NCBI GenBank assembly: GCA_938042195.1
Contig: CALIRQ010000007.1
Span: forward strand, 71,871-135,870
Source of the DNA: an uncultured archaeon
GTDB taxonomy: Archaea > Thermoproteota > Bathyarchaeia > 40CM-2-53-6 > CALIRQ01
Direction of reading: 5' to 3'
Length of the DNA: 64,000 nt
How positions within the stretch are numbered: the stretch's first letter is position 1; every line of letters starts with the position of its first letter. The notes beneath the pieces are model-generated. The model made no database searches and was not told where the DNA came from. It saw only the letters and a program-made list of their open reading frames with translations. A program made the translations under genes and the position numbers. Positions 1 to 10,254 of this stretch are shown here, in pieces.

Positions 1-1
1 C

Positions 2-934
2 ATATCGAACGCGATAGGTCCCGGCGAGAAGGTGATAATCCCGGTGAACGGTGTATTCAGCCAAAGGGTCAAAAGGACGGTCGAGATATTCGGCGGGAAG
101 CCGGTCGAGATACCGGTCGAATGGGGCAGCTCGGTGACGGTAGATGCCGTGGAGGACGCCATAAAAAAGGAGCCTGATGCCAAGGCCTTGGCAATCGTTT
201 ATAATGAAACTTCCACCGGGGCCAAGGTCAAATGCATGGCGGAGCTCGGGGAGCTTTGTGATGAGAAGGGCCTGCTCTACATAGTCGATGCCATATCGAT
301 CTTGGGGGGCGATGAGCTTCCGGTTGACGATTGGAAGGTGGACATATGCATCACCGGTAGCCAGAAGTGCCTCATGAGCCCCCCTGGCTTGGCGCTGCTC
401 TCAATAAGCGAGAAGGCGTGGTCAGCGATTGAAAGGACCAATAGAGCTGTGTACTTCGACCTGAAAGCCTATCGAGATTATCTCAAGGAAGGGGAAACCC
501 CGTTCACGCCGGCCATCCCACTTTTCTACGCCTTGGATGAGGCGCTCGATATGATTCTTGAGGAGGGGATGGAAGCGAGGATAGAGAGGCATAGGAGGTG
601 CGCGAACGCGATATACAAGGCCTTGGAGGCGATTGGGTTGGAGATGTTCGCCAAGGAGGAGTTCAGATCCAACACGGTCATAGGGGTGAGGGATCCGAAG
701 GGGATAGATGGCAACATGATCAGGAGGATAATGAGGGAAAAGTACAACGTCGTGATAGCGGGTGGTATGGGGAAGCTCAAAGGAACGATGTTCAGGATAG
801 GGTCTATGGGGAACGTTTCCATGGCCGATATATTGATCACGATCTCGGCCTTGGAGGGGGCGCTCCAGGAGCTCGGATACGAATTCGATCGAGGAGCAGG
901 GGTCGTTGCGGCTAATGAGGCGTTCAAATCTTAA
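2..934 (+). CDS. Class V PLP-dependent aminotransferase (alanine-glyoxylate/serine-pyruvate family), 5'-truncated by window edge
   Basis: Motifs VYNETSTG, IVDAIS, TGSQKCL (PLP lysine), FRIGSMG; frame is open back to base 2. Confidence 0.9.
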   Translation: MSNAIGPGEKVIIPVNGVFSQRVKRTVEIFGGKPVEIPVEWGSSVTVDAVEDAIKKEPDAKALAIVYNETSTGAKVKCMAELGELCDEKGLLYIVDAISILGGDELPVDDWKVDICITGSQKCLMSPPGLALLSISEKAWSAIERTNRAVYFDLKAYRDYLKEGETPFTPAIPLFYALDEALDMILEEGMEARIERHRRCANAIYKALEAIGLEMFAKEEFRSNTVIGVRDPKGIDGNMIRRIMREKYNVVIAGGMGKLKGTMFRIGSMGNVSMADILITISALEGALQELGYEFDRGAGVVAANEAFKS

Positions 935-989
935 GCGGTCTCCGCTCTCGGATTAGGAGCTCGGTCGAATCGCGGGAGGCGAGATAGTT

Positions 990-1712
990 TTGCCTCTAAA
1001 AAATGGGGATTACGCTTACCTCGATTACGTGCTCAGGATAAAGGAGAGCGGGGAAGTCGTGGATACAACGATCGAGGAAGTGGCCAAGGAGAGCGGGCTG
1101 AAGAGGGATGGGGCCTTCGAGCCACAGTTCCTCATAGTTGGCGAGGGCTGGATGCCGAAGGGATTGGAAGAGGGCCTGATTGGTTTGGAGCCTGGGGATC
1201 GGAAGGTCATAGAGGTCCCGCCGGAGAAGGGTTATGGTGAAAGGGATCCATCGAAGCTCAGGCTCCTCCCTCTCAGGCGCTTCACGTCCCAGAACATAAA
1301 CCCAGTGCCCGGCATGTCCATCGAGGTGGATGGGCGAACGGCCATAGTAAGGGCCGTCGGAGCTGGAAGGGTGCAAGTGGACTTCAACCATCCGCTCGCG
1401 GGAAGGACCTTGGTCTATGAGGTGACGTTGAGGAAGATCCTAGAGGGGACTGAGGAGAGGATAAGGGCGATATTGCACAGGAGGATCCCGGAGGTCGAGC
1501 CAGAGAAGTTCGGCGTTTCGATTTGCGATGGAAAATTGACTGTGGAGATCCCGGAGGACGCATTTTACTTGGAGGGCTTGCAATTGACGAAGAGGGCTGT
1601 GGTTTCGGATCTGGAGAAGCATATGCCCGAACTCGAGGAGATATCCTTCGTGGAGGTATTCAAGAGGAAGGCTGCCGGAGCAGGGAAACCAGCCGGAGCT
1701 CAAGCCCAATAG
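990..1712 (+). CDS. slyD: Archaeal long-type FKBP peptidyl-prolyl cis-trans isomerase (SlyD-like)
   Basis: GEVVDTT, VPPEKGYG, VDFNHPLAGRTL motifs plus archaeal C-terminal extension. Confidence 0.92.
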   Translation: MPLKNGDYAYLDYVLRIKESGEVVDTTIEEVAKESGLKRDGAFEPQFLIVGEGWMPKGLEEGLIGLEPGDRKVIEVPPEKGYGERDPSKLRLLPLRRFTSQNINPVPGMSIEVDGRTAIVRAVGAGRVQVDFNHPLAGRTLVYEVTLRKILEGTEERIRAILHRRIPEVEPEKFGVSICDGKLTVEIPEDAFYLEGLQLTKRAVVSDLEKHMPELEEISFVEVFKRKAAGAGKPAGAQAQ

Positions 1713-2166
1713 GGCATTCGATTCCTTCCCCCACCGATAGGATCTTACATCTATCGCCGGCCCTGAGGCCCAAGGGCCTGCAAAGGCCCCCTCGCCCGCA
1801 ATCCATTTTCCCGCACTCGATCGGCTTATATGAGATTGAAGCACCCTCCACAGCTAACCTCCGCTCCAAGGAAGCCTCGACGCTGCTCTCCTCCACTTCC
1901 ACCACCTTGGCCTCGCCTCCATGGAGCTTGCAGGGCAAATTTCTCCTTTTGACTGAGGTTACCCTATAGATGCGGCCAGGCTCCAGTAGCCTAGAACAGG
2001 CATTGAAAAATTCGCAATCCCTGCATAGCTCTGGCGAGCCCTCGAATAGGAAGCGGAACCCCTCCCTCGCTTGGCCGATCCCCAAGAGGGTGATCCTTCC
2101 CCTCGACGTGGATGGCCATTTGGGGAAATCCCGCTTATCGCTTTTCTGGCGGAAATCCTCCTCCAT
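1660..2166 (-). CDS. UPF0179 family Cys-rich archaeal protein
   Basis: ITLLG..AREGFRF, CxxC..C..LEPGRIY, CKLH, ECP pattern; start uncertain. Confidence 0.8.
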   Translation of the reverse strand: MEEDFRQKSDKRDFPKWPSTSRGRITLLGIGQAREGFRFLFEGSPELCRDCEFFNACSRLLEPGRIYRVTSVKRRNLPCKLHGGEAKVVEVEESSVEASLERRLAVEGASISYKPIECGKMDCGRGGLCRPLGLRAGDRCKILSVGEGIECPIGLELRLVSLLRQPSS

Positions 2167-2202
2167 TTCGGATCAACAGCGGGGTGAGGGGCATGGGCGA
2201 TT

Positions 2203-3021
2203 TCATGGGAAATAGGAGAGAAGCACCATCCTCGCGCCTAATACCGCGAGAAATAGGCCGAAGGCTCTTCTCAACCACTTCGCCTTAAGCCGTCTTGCGA
2301 CCCTAGCGCCGATCTGCGTCCCCCCAATTATGCCTATTGCTAGGAGAAGGGAATATTCCAATAGGACATTTCCCAAGAACAGATGGGTCGTGGAGGCGGA
2401 GATGGATGTGAAGATCATCATGAACATGGAGGTGGCGACTGCGAGGTGCATCGGAATGCCGGCAACGAGCACCATCACGGGCACCATCACGGCCCCTCCC
2501 CCTATCCCGAAGAATCCGGAGGCGAACCCCCCGAGGAAGCTCATCGCGAGGGCCGGCGGGATATTCGCCCTATATCGGAACAGCTCCCCCCTCGAATCCA
2601 TCAAGACCCTCTCCCAAACCCACTTCCCCTGGGCCCTCCCCTCCTTCGCCACACCACCTGGATCTATCGCCATCCTAATGGCTATAGCGATCTCGAATAT
2701 CCCAAAGAGCGCTGCCAGCTCCTTGGACTTCACGAAATTGGTCGCATATGCCCCCAAGATTCCCCCCGGAACGGTCCCGAGCGCCATCAGAGCTCCGACC
2801 TTATAGTCTATCCTCCTCTGCATAGCGTAGGCTATTGTTGATGAGATCGCTGTGAATACTATCATCAGGCTGCTGGTCCCAACGGCGTTTTTGGGATCTA
2901 TGCCGTAGAACATCGTCAGCGCTGGCACGACCATAAATCCTCCCCCCACTCCCATCAACGCTGAGATTATGCCTACTAGGAACGCCAAAGCGGTCAATCC
3001 AGCCAAATCGATCGGCGGCAT
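2203..3021 (-). CDS. Sulfite exporter TauE/SafE family membrane protein
   Basis: Duplicated GVGGG/GIGGG..VP and AVGTS/AVATS motifs, about 8 TM segments; start set at ATG 3021. Confidence 0.88.
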   Translation of the reverse strand: MPPIDLAGLTALAFLVGIISALMGVGGGFMVVPALTMFYGIDPKNAVGTSSLMIVFTAISSTIAYAMQRRIDYKVGALMALGTVPGGILGAYATNFVKSKELAALFGIFEIAIAIRMAIDPGGVAKEGRAQGKWVWERVLMDSRGELFRYRANIPPALAMSFLGGFASGFFGIGGGAVMVPVMVLVAGIPMHLAVATSMFMMIFTSISASTTHLFLGNVLLEYSLLLAIGIIGGTQIGARVARRLKAKWLRRAFGLFLAVLGARMVLLSYFP

Positions 3022-3133
3022 CGCGCTCGGCCCCGACCATTGGGATGAGGGAGAGCCGATTATAAAGTTTCGAAAGGTTATTTTTGGAGAATCAGAATTA
3101 AGGCTTAAGGATCCCAGGGAAAAGTGCCCTTCC

Positions 3134-4417
3134 ATGCCCGTTCAAAGGAAGCTCGCCGAAGGGGGAAGGGGCGCGGAATCCCCTTGCTTGATCTGCAGGG
3201 GCGGCAGGATGCTTTGCGGGAGGCCAAATTGCCCGGTCCTAGCCAAGGCCAGCGCCTCGGCGAAGGTCAAGCCGCTTATGGAGAGGGAGGCGATCCAAGG
3301 ATCGAGTCCCCCCTCTGTCTTCGTAGGATACGCGGGATATCCATACGTCCGAGCTGGCCCCATGATCCCGCCCTTCTTCGGGAATACGGGCATACTCGAT
3401 ACGCCCGAGCTCTGGCTCGGGAAGGGCTTAGAGGAGATAGTGGAGTATAGATACTCCTTGATCAGGGGTACGAGGAGGATCAGGATTGGGGAAGCGAGAG
3501 AGGGAGGAAGGCTAGTTTCCTCGCTTCAGGAGCTGGCCATGGGGGATGGTCCTGTCGATTCAGAAGCCACCCTTTTTGGGAAGCCGAAGGGCCCGGTGAT
3601 CTTCAGCGAATACTCGCAGCCCTTCGGCCCCTCCGCTCCATTGAAATCCTTCGAAATTTCCGATCTGAGGGTTGATAGGAGGATAGAGAGGGCCTATTAT
3701 GATAGGGATTTGAAGGCCGCGGAGGCAATCCTCGATCTCTACAGGAAAGGCGTCCCAGTGACGAAGATACAAAGGGCATTCAGCGTTGGGATGCTTGGCC
3801 GCCCCCAAGCTAGGAAATTGGTACCAACTAGGTGGAGCATAACGGCGATCGATAGCCTATTGTCCGCTCAGATCGTGGACCGCTTGAAGGGTTTCGAGAC
3901 CATCGATAAATGCAGGGTCCATTCGCTCAGGACGCTACACAACCTGTTCTTGGCGATACTCCTCCCCCTCAGATGGAGCTTCGAGTGGATAGAGGCTTGG
4001 TTCCCGGGGAGCGCTTGGAACTTGGGCGGATCCCGGCCGGCCCTCATGGGCGATTATGAAGGATATGGCGGCAGGAAGACCTACGCAAGCGTGGGCGGTT
4101 GCTATTACTCGGCTAGGCTCGCGGTCGCGGAGGGCCTACTTAAGGAGAGGAGGCAGGCAGCCGCTCTTGTGATGAGGGAGATATACCCCGGCTATTCAAT
4201 GCCCATTGGCGTTTGGTTGGTGAGGGAGGGCGTGAGGAGGATGATGGGGAGCGAGCCGAAGGAGTTCGAATCCCTCGAGGAGGCGCTCGCTTATGCCCGC
4301 TCCGAGCTCACGGTCCCATTGAGGAGGTGGATCGAACACAGCACTACCCTGAGGAATGCCTTTCTACAGGAGAAGTTGCCGAAATATCTCTCGAGGATGC
4401 AAATGGATTGGGAATGA
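3134..4417 (+). CDS. nreA: Nre family DNA repair protein (PCNA-interacting)
   Basis: N-terminal CxxCxG...LCG...CP, GSSPPSVFVG, LVPTRWSITA, GGCYY and C-terminal PIP-like QEKLPKYL. Confidence 0.88.
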   Translation: MPVQRKLAEGGRGAESPCLICRGGRMLCGRPNCPVLAKASASAKVKPLMEREAIQGSSPPSVFVGYAGYPYVRAGPMIPPFFGNTGILDTPELWLGKGLEEIVEYRYSLIRGTRRIRIGEAREGGRLVSSLQELAMGDGPVDSEATLFGKPKGPVIFSEYSQPFGPSAPLKSFEISDLRVDRRIERAYYDRDLKAAEAILDLYRKGVPVTKIQRAFSVGMLGRPQARKLVPTRWSITAIDSLLSAQIVDRLKGFETIDKCRVHSLRTLHNLFLAILLPLRWSFEWIEAWFPGSAWNLGGSRPALMGDYEGYGGRKTYASVGGCYYSARLAVAEGLLKERRQAAALVMREIYPGYSMPIGVWLVREGVRRMMGSEPKEFESLEEALAYARSELTVPLRRWIEHSTTLRNAFLQEKLPKYLSRMQMDWE

Positions 4418-5235
4418 GATACTCCCATAGGACCTGCAGGAGGGCGTTGTTCAAAAGTGGGTTGCCCGGGTTGGATTATTCCTTGAATCCATATTTCGGA
4501 TGCGAGCACGGTTGCCTTTATTGCTATTCGCCGTCGATCTTCAGGGATGAATGGGTGGCTAGGAATTGGGGGAGGTTCTCCATCGCCAAGCTCAATATCC
4601 ACCAGGTCTTGGAGGCCGAATTGAGATCCAGGAAGAGGGGGGTGGTGGGGATCGGCACGGTTACCGACCCCTATCAGCCCCACGAAGCCAAGTTGGGGCT
4701 GACAAGGAAATGCATCGAGATCCTCCTAAGGGGCGGGCTCCACCCATCCATTCAAACAAAGTCGGATTTGGTCATGAGGGATATGGATTTGGCCCACCCG
4801 GGCCTCTTGGATTTGGGGGTAACGATCACCACGATGGATGGCTGGTTGGCCAAAAGGCTCGAGCCAAAAGCCCCAAGTCCCGATGCAAGGGCGAAGGCCC
4901 TGGAGGAGTTCTCGATGAAGGGCATCGAGACTTGGGTCTTCTTCGGCCCCGCGATCCCAACCTTGAACGATGGGGAGGAGGAGATAAAATCCATTGCGAA
5001 ACTCGCGAAGCTGACCGGTAGCGAGATAATATACGATAAGCTGAACATAAAACCATTCGTGATGGAGAGGCTGGCCCCATTGTTGCATGAGTTGGGGGCG
5101 AATCCGGAGCGGATCAGGATGCTCTCGGAGGAATCCGAGCAATACCGCCGAGACCTCTACAAAAGGATCTATTCGATATGCCGCGAGCTCGGGGTCAAGG
5201 CCAAGCCCGCGTTCGAGCATCCCATGAGTGGGTGA
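4414..5235 (+). CDS. Radical SAM protein, SplB/COG1533 DNA-repair-like
   Basis: NPYFGCEHGCLYCY CxxxCxxC motif, TDPYQP, TKS; ATGA overlap with nre stop. Confidence 0.85.
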   Translation: MRYSHRTCRRALFKSGLPGLDYSLNPYFGCEHGCLYCYSPSIFRDEWVARNWGRFSIAKLNIHQVLEAELRSRKRGVVGIGTVTDPYQPHEAKLGLTRKCIEILLRGGLHPSIQTKSDLVMRDMDLAHPGLLDLGVTITTMDGWLAKRLEPKAPSPDARAKALEEFSMKGIETWVFFGPAIPTLNDGEEEIKSIAKLAKLTGSEIIYDKLNIKPFVMERLAPLLHELGANPERIRMLSEESEQYRRDLYKRIYSICRELGVKAKPAFEHPMSG

Positions 5236-5675
5236 AGCGCTTGTCGAGCATCCGGATAAGGCCCGTGGGCGTCGTGAAGGCGTTAGAGGAGAGCGAGATA
5301 TCGAGGATAGAGATATTCGAAAAATACGAGCCGGCCCTGTTGGGCATAGAGGGCTTCTCTCATTTATTGATATTGTATTGGATGCATAAGCTCCCCAAGG
5401 GGGAGAGGGACCTCCTCAGGGTCCATCCCAAGGGGAGGCCCGACCTGCCCTTGGTCGGGGTTTTCGCCTCTAGGTCGAGGGCGCGGCCCAATCCGATAGG
5501 CCTGACCTTGGTCGAGCTGGTGGAACGATCCGGGAGGGAGCTAGTGGTGAAGGGACTCGACGCATTGGATGGGACGCCAGTGATCGATATAAAACCCTAC
5601 GTCCCCCATTCCGATCGGGCCTCGGGCGTGAGGGTCCCGAGCTGGGCGAGGAGGCTGAGCGCGGGGAGGCGCTAA
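5232..5675 (+). CDS. tsaA: tRNA m6t6A37 methyltransferase TrmO/TsaA family
   Basis: GVFASRS..RPNPIGL, GLDALDGTPVIDIKPY motifs; GTGA overlap with upstream stop. Confidence 0.9.
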   Translation: MKRLSSIRIRPVGVVKALEESEISRIEIFEKYEPALLGIEGFSHLLILYWMHKLPKGERDLLRVHPKGRPDLPLVGVFASRSRARPNPIGLTLVELVERSGRELVVKGLDALDGTPVIDIKPYVPHSDRASGVRVPSWARRLSAGRR

Positions 5676-5796
5676 GGCCGATGGCCATTAGGTTTTTTAA
5701 TATCCACCCGACCCAAATTGCTCTTCAAAACTCCGTGGACATTGAAGGGGTTTCGCGAGCGATGGAGGGCGCCACTCGAGAAGTCGGACTCGGTGA

Positions 5797-5988
5797 ATGG
5801 TATTGAGCGCGCAAAAGGTCATAAAGATGCCAAAATGCTCCTCTTGCGCTAGGAACATATTGCCGGGAGAGGAGGCCGTAAGCTTCTCCTGCCCGAACTG
5901 CGCCTCCGTTGTAATATGGAGGTGCGCGAAATGCAGGAAATTCGGGAGGACTTATAAATGCGCGAAATGCGGATTCGAAGGTCCGTGA
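5797..5988 (+). CDS. Small zinc-finger protein (HVO_2753/DUF1610-like)
   Basis: CSSC..FSCPNC..IWRCAKCRK..YKCAKCGFEGP; canonical position upstream of aEF-1beta. Confidence 0.9.
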   Translation: MVLSAQKVIKMPKCSSCARNILPGEEAVSFSCPNCASVVIWRCAKCRKFGRTYKCAKCGFEGP

Positions 5989-5992
5989 GGAG

Positions 5993-6268
5993 TTGGGCAT
6001 GGCGAGGGTAATAGCCTCGATTAAGATATTCCCATCCGAGCCGGGCGCGGATCTGGAGGCTCTCAAGAGGGCGATAAAGAGCTCGCTCCCTAGGGGAATA
6101 GATGCGTACAAGATCGAGGAGGAGCCGATAGCCTTCGGCCTCGTTGCCTTGGTAGGGCACTTCGTGCTTCCCGAGGATAGCGGCGGATTCATGGAGGATC
6201 TGGAGGAGGGCCTAAGATCCGCCCCTGGCGTTGGGGAGATCCAATTCATCTCCGCCCGAAGGATCTGA
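5993..6268 (+). CDS. ef1b: Translation elongation factor 1-beta
   Basis: KIFP, EEEPIAFGLVAL signature; start may be ATG 5999. Confidence 0.92.
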   Translation: MGMARVIASIKIFPSEPGADLEALKRAIKSSLPRGIDAYKIEEEPIAFGLVALVGHFVLPEDSGGFMEDLEEGLRSAPGVGEIQFISARRI

Positions 6269-6364
6269 GGGGGAGGGCCGGGCGAAGTTTTAAAAGGCTT
6301 TAGCTAGCCGACCCACATCCGATACCGGCCAAAGGGGGTCCATGGGGCCGGGTCAAAAGATTTA

Positions 6365-8593
6365 TTGACCCAATTTGAAGCTGAGGATAGGAAATCTCGC
6401 GGAACGTGGCCGGGGTTGGTTAACGAAGTCCAGCTGAGGGTTGCCGACGCGAAGCAAAGGGATGTCGGACATGGCAAAGTCAGGATAGATTCGGAAACGA
6501 TGGAGAAGCTGGAGATAACCGCCGGGGATTTCGTTGAGATAAGGAGCAAGAGGTCCACGGTGGCCATAGCCTGGCCGGCTTATGCGGAGGATCAGGGCAA
6601 GGGCCTCATAAGGATGGATGGCCTCCTCAGGAGGAACGCCGGCGTAGCGCTCAACGAGTACATCACCGTGAGGAAGGCAATAGTTAAGCCCGCGCAATCC
6701 ATAACCTTCGCGCCCACGGATGTCAGGCTGAACGTTGATGAAGAGTTCATAAGGTTCGTGAAGCGTAGGTTCATGGATATGCCGTTCATGGAGGGAGATA
6801 TGACCCTCCTATCCATATTCGGGAGCGCTGTGCCATTGATAGTGGTCAGGACGAGGCCCCGCGGGCCTGTCAGGGTGACCGAGGCGACGAACGTCCAAGT
6901 ATTGAGCGAGCCAACCCATGAGAAGAAGGGCATACCGGTGATCACATACGAGGATATAGGCGGACTCCACGATGAGATCCAGCGCATAAGGGAGATGGTC
7001 GAGCTCCCGCTGAGGCATCCGGAGTTGTTCCAGAAGCTGGGGATAGAGCCCCCGAGGGGCGTATTCCTCTATGGGCCCCCCGGTTGCGGGAAGACATTAC
7101 TGGCTAAGGCGGTCGCGAACGAATCGGATGCGAACTTCTACGTCATATCCGGCCCGGAGATCATGTCCAAGTTCTATGGCGAATCGGAGGCGAGGCTGAG
7201 GGAGATCTTCCAGAAGGCCCAAGAAACGGCCCCCAGCATAATCTTCATCGACGAAATGGACGCGATAGCTCCGAAGAGGGAAGAAGTGACAGGCGAGGTC
7301 GAGAGGAGGGTGGTGGCTCAGCTCCTCTCCTTGATGGATGGGATGGGATCTAGGGGGAACATAATAGTCATAGGCGCGACGAATAGGCCGAACGCGATCG
7401 ATCCCGCCCTCAGGAGGCCGGGCAGGTTCGATAGGGAGATAGAAATAGGCGTACCGGATAAGGAGGGGAGATATGAGATACTGCAGATACATACTAGGAA
7501 TATGCCATTGGCGAAGAACGTGGACCTGAGGCGGCTATCGGAGATAACCCATGGATATACGGGGGCCGATATCGCAGCCCTCTGCAGGGAGGCCGCCATG
7601 AAGGCCCTGAGGAGATATCTCCCGGAGATAAACTTGGAGGAGGAGAGCATACCGCCCGAAGTGCTGGACAGGATGGAGGTCAACATGGAGGACTTCACCG
7701 CCGCTTATCGGGAGATAACGCCCACCGCCATGAGGGAGGTCTACGTGGAGGTCCCAAATATCCACTGGGATGAGATAGGGGGATTGGAGGAGGCTAAGGC
7801 GGAGCTCAGGGAATCGGTAGAATGGCCCATAAAGAGCCCCGATGCTTTCAAAAGGATGGGAATCAAGCCGCCGAAGGGCATATTGCTCTTCGGCCCGCCG
7901 GGCTGCGGGAAGACGCTGCTAGCGAGGGCCGTCGCGACTGAGAGCGAGGCGAACTTCATATCCATAAAGGGGCCGGAGATATTCTCCAAATGGGTCGGCG
8001 AATCGGAGAAGGCCATAAGGGAGGTCTTCCGGAAGGGGAGGACCGCCGCGCCGGCCATAATATTCTTCGATGAGCTCGATGCCATAGTGCCGAAGAGGGG
8101 AATGGGATACGCGGACTCCGGCGTTACGGAGAGGGTAATAAGCCAGCTCCTGACCGAGATGGATGGGATAGAGGCCCTGGAGAACGTCGTTGTGATTGGC
8201 GCCACGAACAGGCCCGATATATTGGACCCAGCGGTCCTCAGGCCCGGAAGGTTCGATAGGTTGATATACGTTCCCCCCCCGGATGCCGACAACTTGGAGA
8301 GGATACTTAGGATACATACCCGCAAGATGCCCTTGGCCAGGGACGTCGACTTGAAGCAGCTCGCCCGGACCATGATTGGATATTCGGGGGCCGATGTGGA
8401 GGCGGTCTGTAGGGAAGCGGCCATAAACGCCCTTAGGAGAGATATTGGGGCAACCGAGGTAACCCTCCAAGACTTTAAGGATGCCATGGAGAGGATAAAG
8501 CCCAGCATAACGCCGGATATGGACAATTGGTACAGGGGCTTCCTGAAGAGGTTCAGGAAGGAGAGCGCCGCTGCGCTGATGACGGTGACTTGA
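6365..8593 (+). CDS. cdc48: CDC48/VCP family AAA+ ATPase
   Basis: N-domain plus two AAA modules (GPPGCGKT twice, [24 protein letters not shown]); true start may be TTG 6416. Confidence 0.97.
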   Translation: MTQFEAEDRKSRGTWPGLVNEVQLRVADAKQRDVGHGKVRIDSETMEKLEITAGDFVEIRSKRSTVAIAWPAYAEDQGKGLIRMDGLLRRNAGVALNEYITVRKAIVKPAQSITFAPTDVRLNVDEEFIRFVKRRFMDMPFMEGDMTLLSIFGSAVPLIVVRTRPRGPVRVTEATNVQVLSEPTHEKKGIPVITYEDIGGLHDEIQRIREMVELPLRHPELFQKLGIEPPRGVFLYGPPGCGKTLLAKAVANESDANFYVISGPEIMSKFYGESEARLREIFQKAQETAPSIIFIDEMDAIAPKREEVTGEVERRVVAQLLSLMDGMGSRGNIIVIGATNRPNAIDPALRRPGRFDREIEIGVPDKEGRYEILQIHTRNMPLAKNVDLRRLSEITHGYTGADIAALCREAAMKALRRYLPEINLEEESIPPEVLDRMEVNMEDFTAAYREITPTAMREVYVEVPNIHWDEIGGLEEAKAELRESVEWPIKSPDAFKRMGIKPPKGILLFGPPGCGKTLLARAVATESEANFISIKGPEIFSKWVGESEKAIREVFRKGRTAAPAIIFFDELDAIVPKRGMGYADSGVTERVISQLLTEMDGIEALENVVVIGATNRPDILDPAVLRPGRFDRLIYVPPPDADNLERILRIHTRKMPLARDVDLKQLARTMIGYSGADVEAVCREAAINALRRDIGATEVTLQDFKDAMERIKPSITPDMDNWYRGFLKRFRKESAAALMTVT

Positions 8594-8833
8594 TTGTCCA
8601 GCAAGGAGAAGGTCTGGTCGCCTAGGCCCTTGCATTTGGCCATAGTGGAACTCCTGAGAAAGGAGGGGACGCTAACGGATGCGGAGCTCCTGAAGGACTT
8701 GAAGGATTCCTTTGGAGGGCTAAGCGCTAGGGAGCTCAACAAGGCCTTAATGAAACTCGAGCTCTCCGGCCTGATAAGGGTCTCAAGGCTGATGAAGGGA
8801 AAGCGATCCGTGGAGCTGGCCGAGAGGGCCTAG
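8594..8833 (+). CDS. Small winged-helix protein downstream of cdc48
   Basis: LTDAELL...ELNKALMKLELSGLIRV wHTH pattern; abuts the cdc48 stop. Confidence 0.75.
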   Translation: MSSKEKVWSPRPLHLAIVELLRKEGTLTDAELLKDLKDSFGGLSARELNKALMKLELSGLIRVSRLMKGKRSVELAERA

Positions 8834-8856
8834 CGGAAAGCTCGGGCGCGGATCGC

Positions 8857-10086
8857 ATGCGCCGTTCTTTCGATTTGGCCATCGTCGGAGGGGGGCCCTG
8901 CGGCCTATACGCCTCGTTGCTCGCCTCCAAATCCGGCCTAGATACCGTGCTCTTCGAGGAACATGGGGAAATAGGGAGCCCGCGGCACTGCGCCGGCCAC
9001 ATCTCGATAAAGGGACTCCGAGCCCTAGGGCTGCGGATTCCCCAAAGGCTGTTGACGGGGACCTATAGGGGGGCCGTGCTCCACTCCCCCTCCGATAGGA
9101 TCCTGTTCCTAGATGCCGGTGAGGAGGTCAGCGTCTCCATCGATCGAGAGGGCTTTGAAAGGCATCTGGCCGACCTCTCGGAGGGCGCCGGGACGGCGCT
9201 GGTCCTTGGTGAGAGGGTGAAGGGGATCCGCCCGTTGGGAGAATCCCTCGAGATCCTCCCCTCTTCGCCCAATTCGGACCCCGTCAGATGCAAGATCGCC
9301 ATCGATGCCGAGGGATATCCCCCGAAGCTCCTAGGCGAGATGCGCGCTTGGAGCCCTAGGCATTACAGCGCGTTAATGGGCATCGGGGCGGAGGTGGAAG
9401 AGGTCCATGGGATCCGAGAGGGATTCGTGGAGCTGTATTTCGGAAGGGATACTGCCCCCGGCTTCTTCGCTTGGCTGATCCCGCTGAGGGGCGGGGGGGC
9501 GAGGATAGGTTTGGCTACCGAGCGGGGGAATCCCAAGGAGCTTTTGGATCGATTCGTGCGGAATCGCTTGATAGGATCCGGAAAATTGCCCGATCGCCCG
9601 CGCATGGTCGAGATGAAGCCCCATCCGATACCCATTTGGAGGGGAAATTATGGGACCTATGGCGATGGGTTGTTGGTGGTCGGGGATGCCGCATCCCAAG
9701 TGAAGCCGACCACCGGGGGAGGGCTCTTCTTGGGAATGAGCTGTTCCGCGATGGCGGTCGAAACGGCCAAAATGGCTCTCTCATCCGGCGATTGGGGAAG
9801 GGCCTCCATGAAGCGCTATGAAAGGCTTTGGAGAAAAGCCTTCTCGCTCGAGTTGAGGTTGATGGGTGCCGTTAGGCGCATAGCCCTCGGGTTGGAGGAT
9901 CGGGGGATTGACGCCCTCTTCGATGAGCTCTCGGGTAGCGCGCTCCTCGAGGCTGTGAGCCGCAGCCCGGAGATGGACCTGCAGGGCAGGGCCATTCTCG
10001 GCGCGCTCTTGGACCCGATCCGATTCCTCCTCGCCGCGAAGGCGCTCTGGAGGTCGTTCTTGGAGGCATACCTGAAACGGGGATGA
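8857..10086 (+). CDS. Geranylgeranyl reductase family FAD oxidoreductase
   Basis: IVGGGPCG, APGFFAWLIP, VGDAASQVKPTTGGG. Confidence 0.88.
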   Translation: MRRSFDLAIVGGGPCGLYASLLASKSGLDTVLFEEHGEIGSPRHCAGHISIKGLRALGLRIPQRLLTGTYRGAVLHSPSDRILFLDAGEEVSVSIDREGFERHLADLSEGAGTALVLGERVKGIRPLGESLEILPSSPNSDPVRCKIAIDAEGYPPKLLGEMRAWSPRHYSALMGIGAEVEEVHGIREGFVELYFGRDTAPGFFAWLIPLRGGGARIGLATERGNPKELLDRFVRNRLIGSGKLPDRPRMVEMKPHPIPIWRGNYGTYGDGLLVVGDAASQVKPTTGGGLFLGMSCSAMAVETAKMALSSGDWGRASMKRYERLWRKAFSLELRLMGAVRRIALGLEDRGIDALFDELSGSALLEAVSRSPEMDLQGRAILGALLDPIRFLLAAKALWRSFLEAYLKRG

Positions 10087-10254
10087 CGCTCCCGCAGTAG
10101 CTCCCCCCAGCGGCCGCCCCTAAGCCCGCCATCTTCCCGTCCCTTTGCCGATCCAATCGATTTGGAAAGGCTCGTGTGGATCGGCGGGCCATTAAGGGCT
10201 CGATCCCTCGCCATTGATGCGATAACCCTTAAGTAGTGAACGCCCCACAAGCTA

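Noticed and set aside
7741-8742. 333-aa antisense ORF over cdc48, and many similar shadow ORFs over carB, kamA, hdr and the MFS genes
   Set aside because: Antisense shadows of GC-rich coding genes with Ser-rich, motif-free translations
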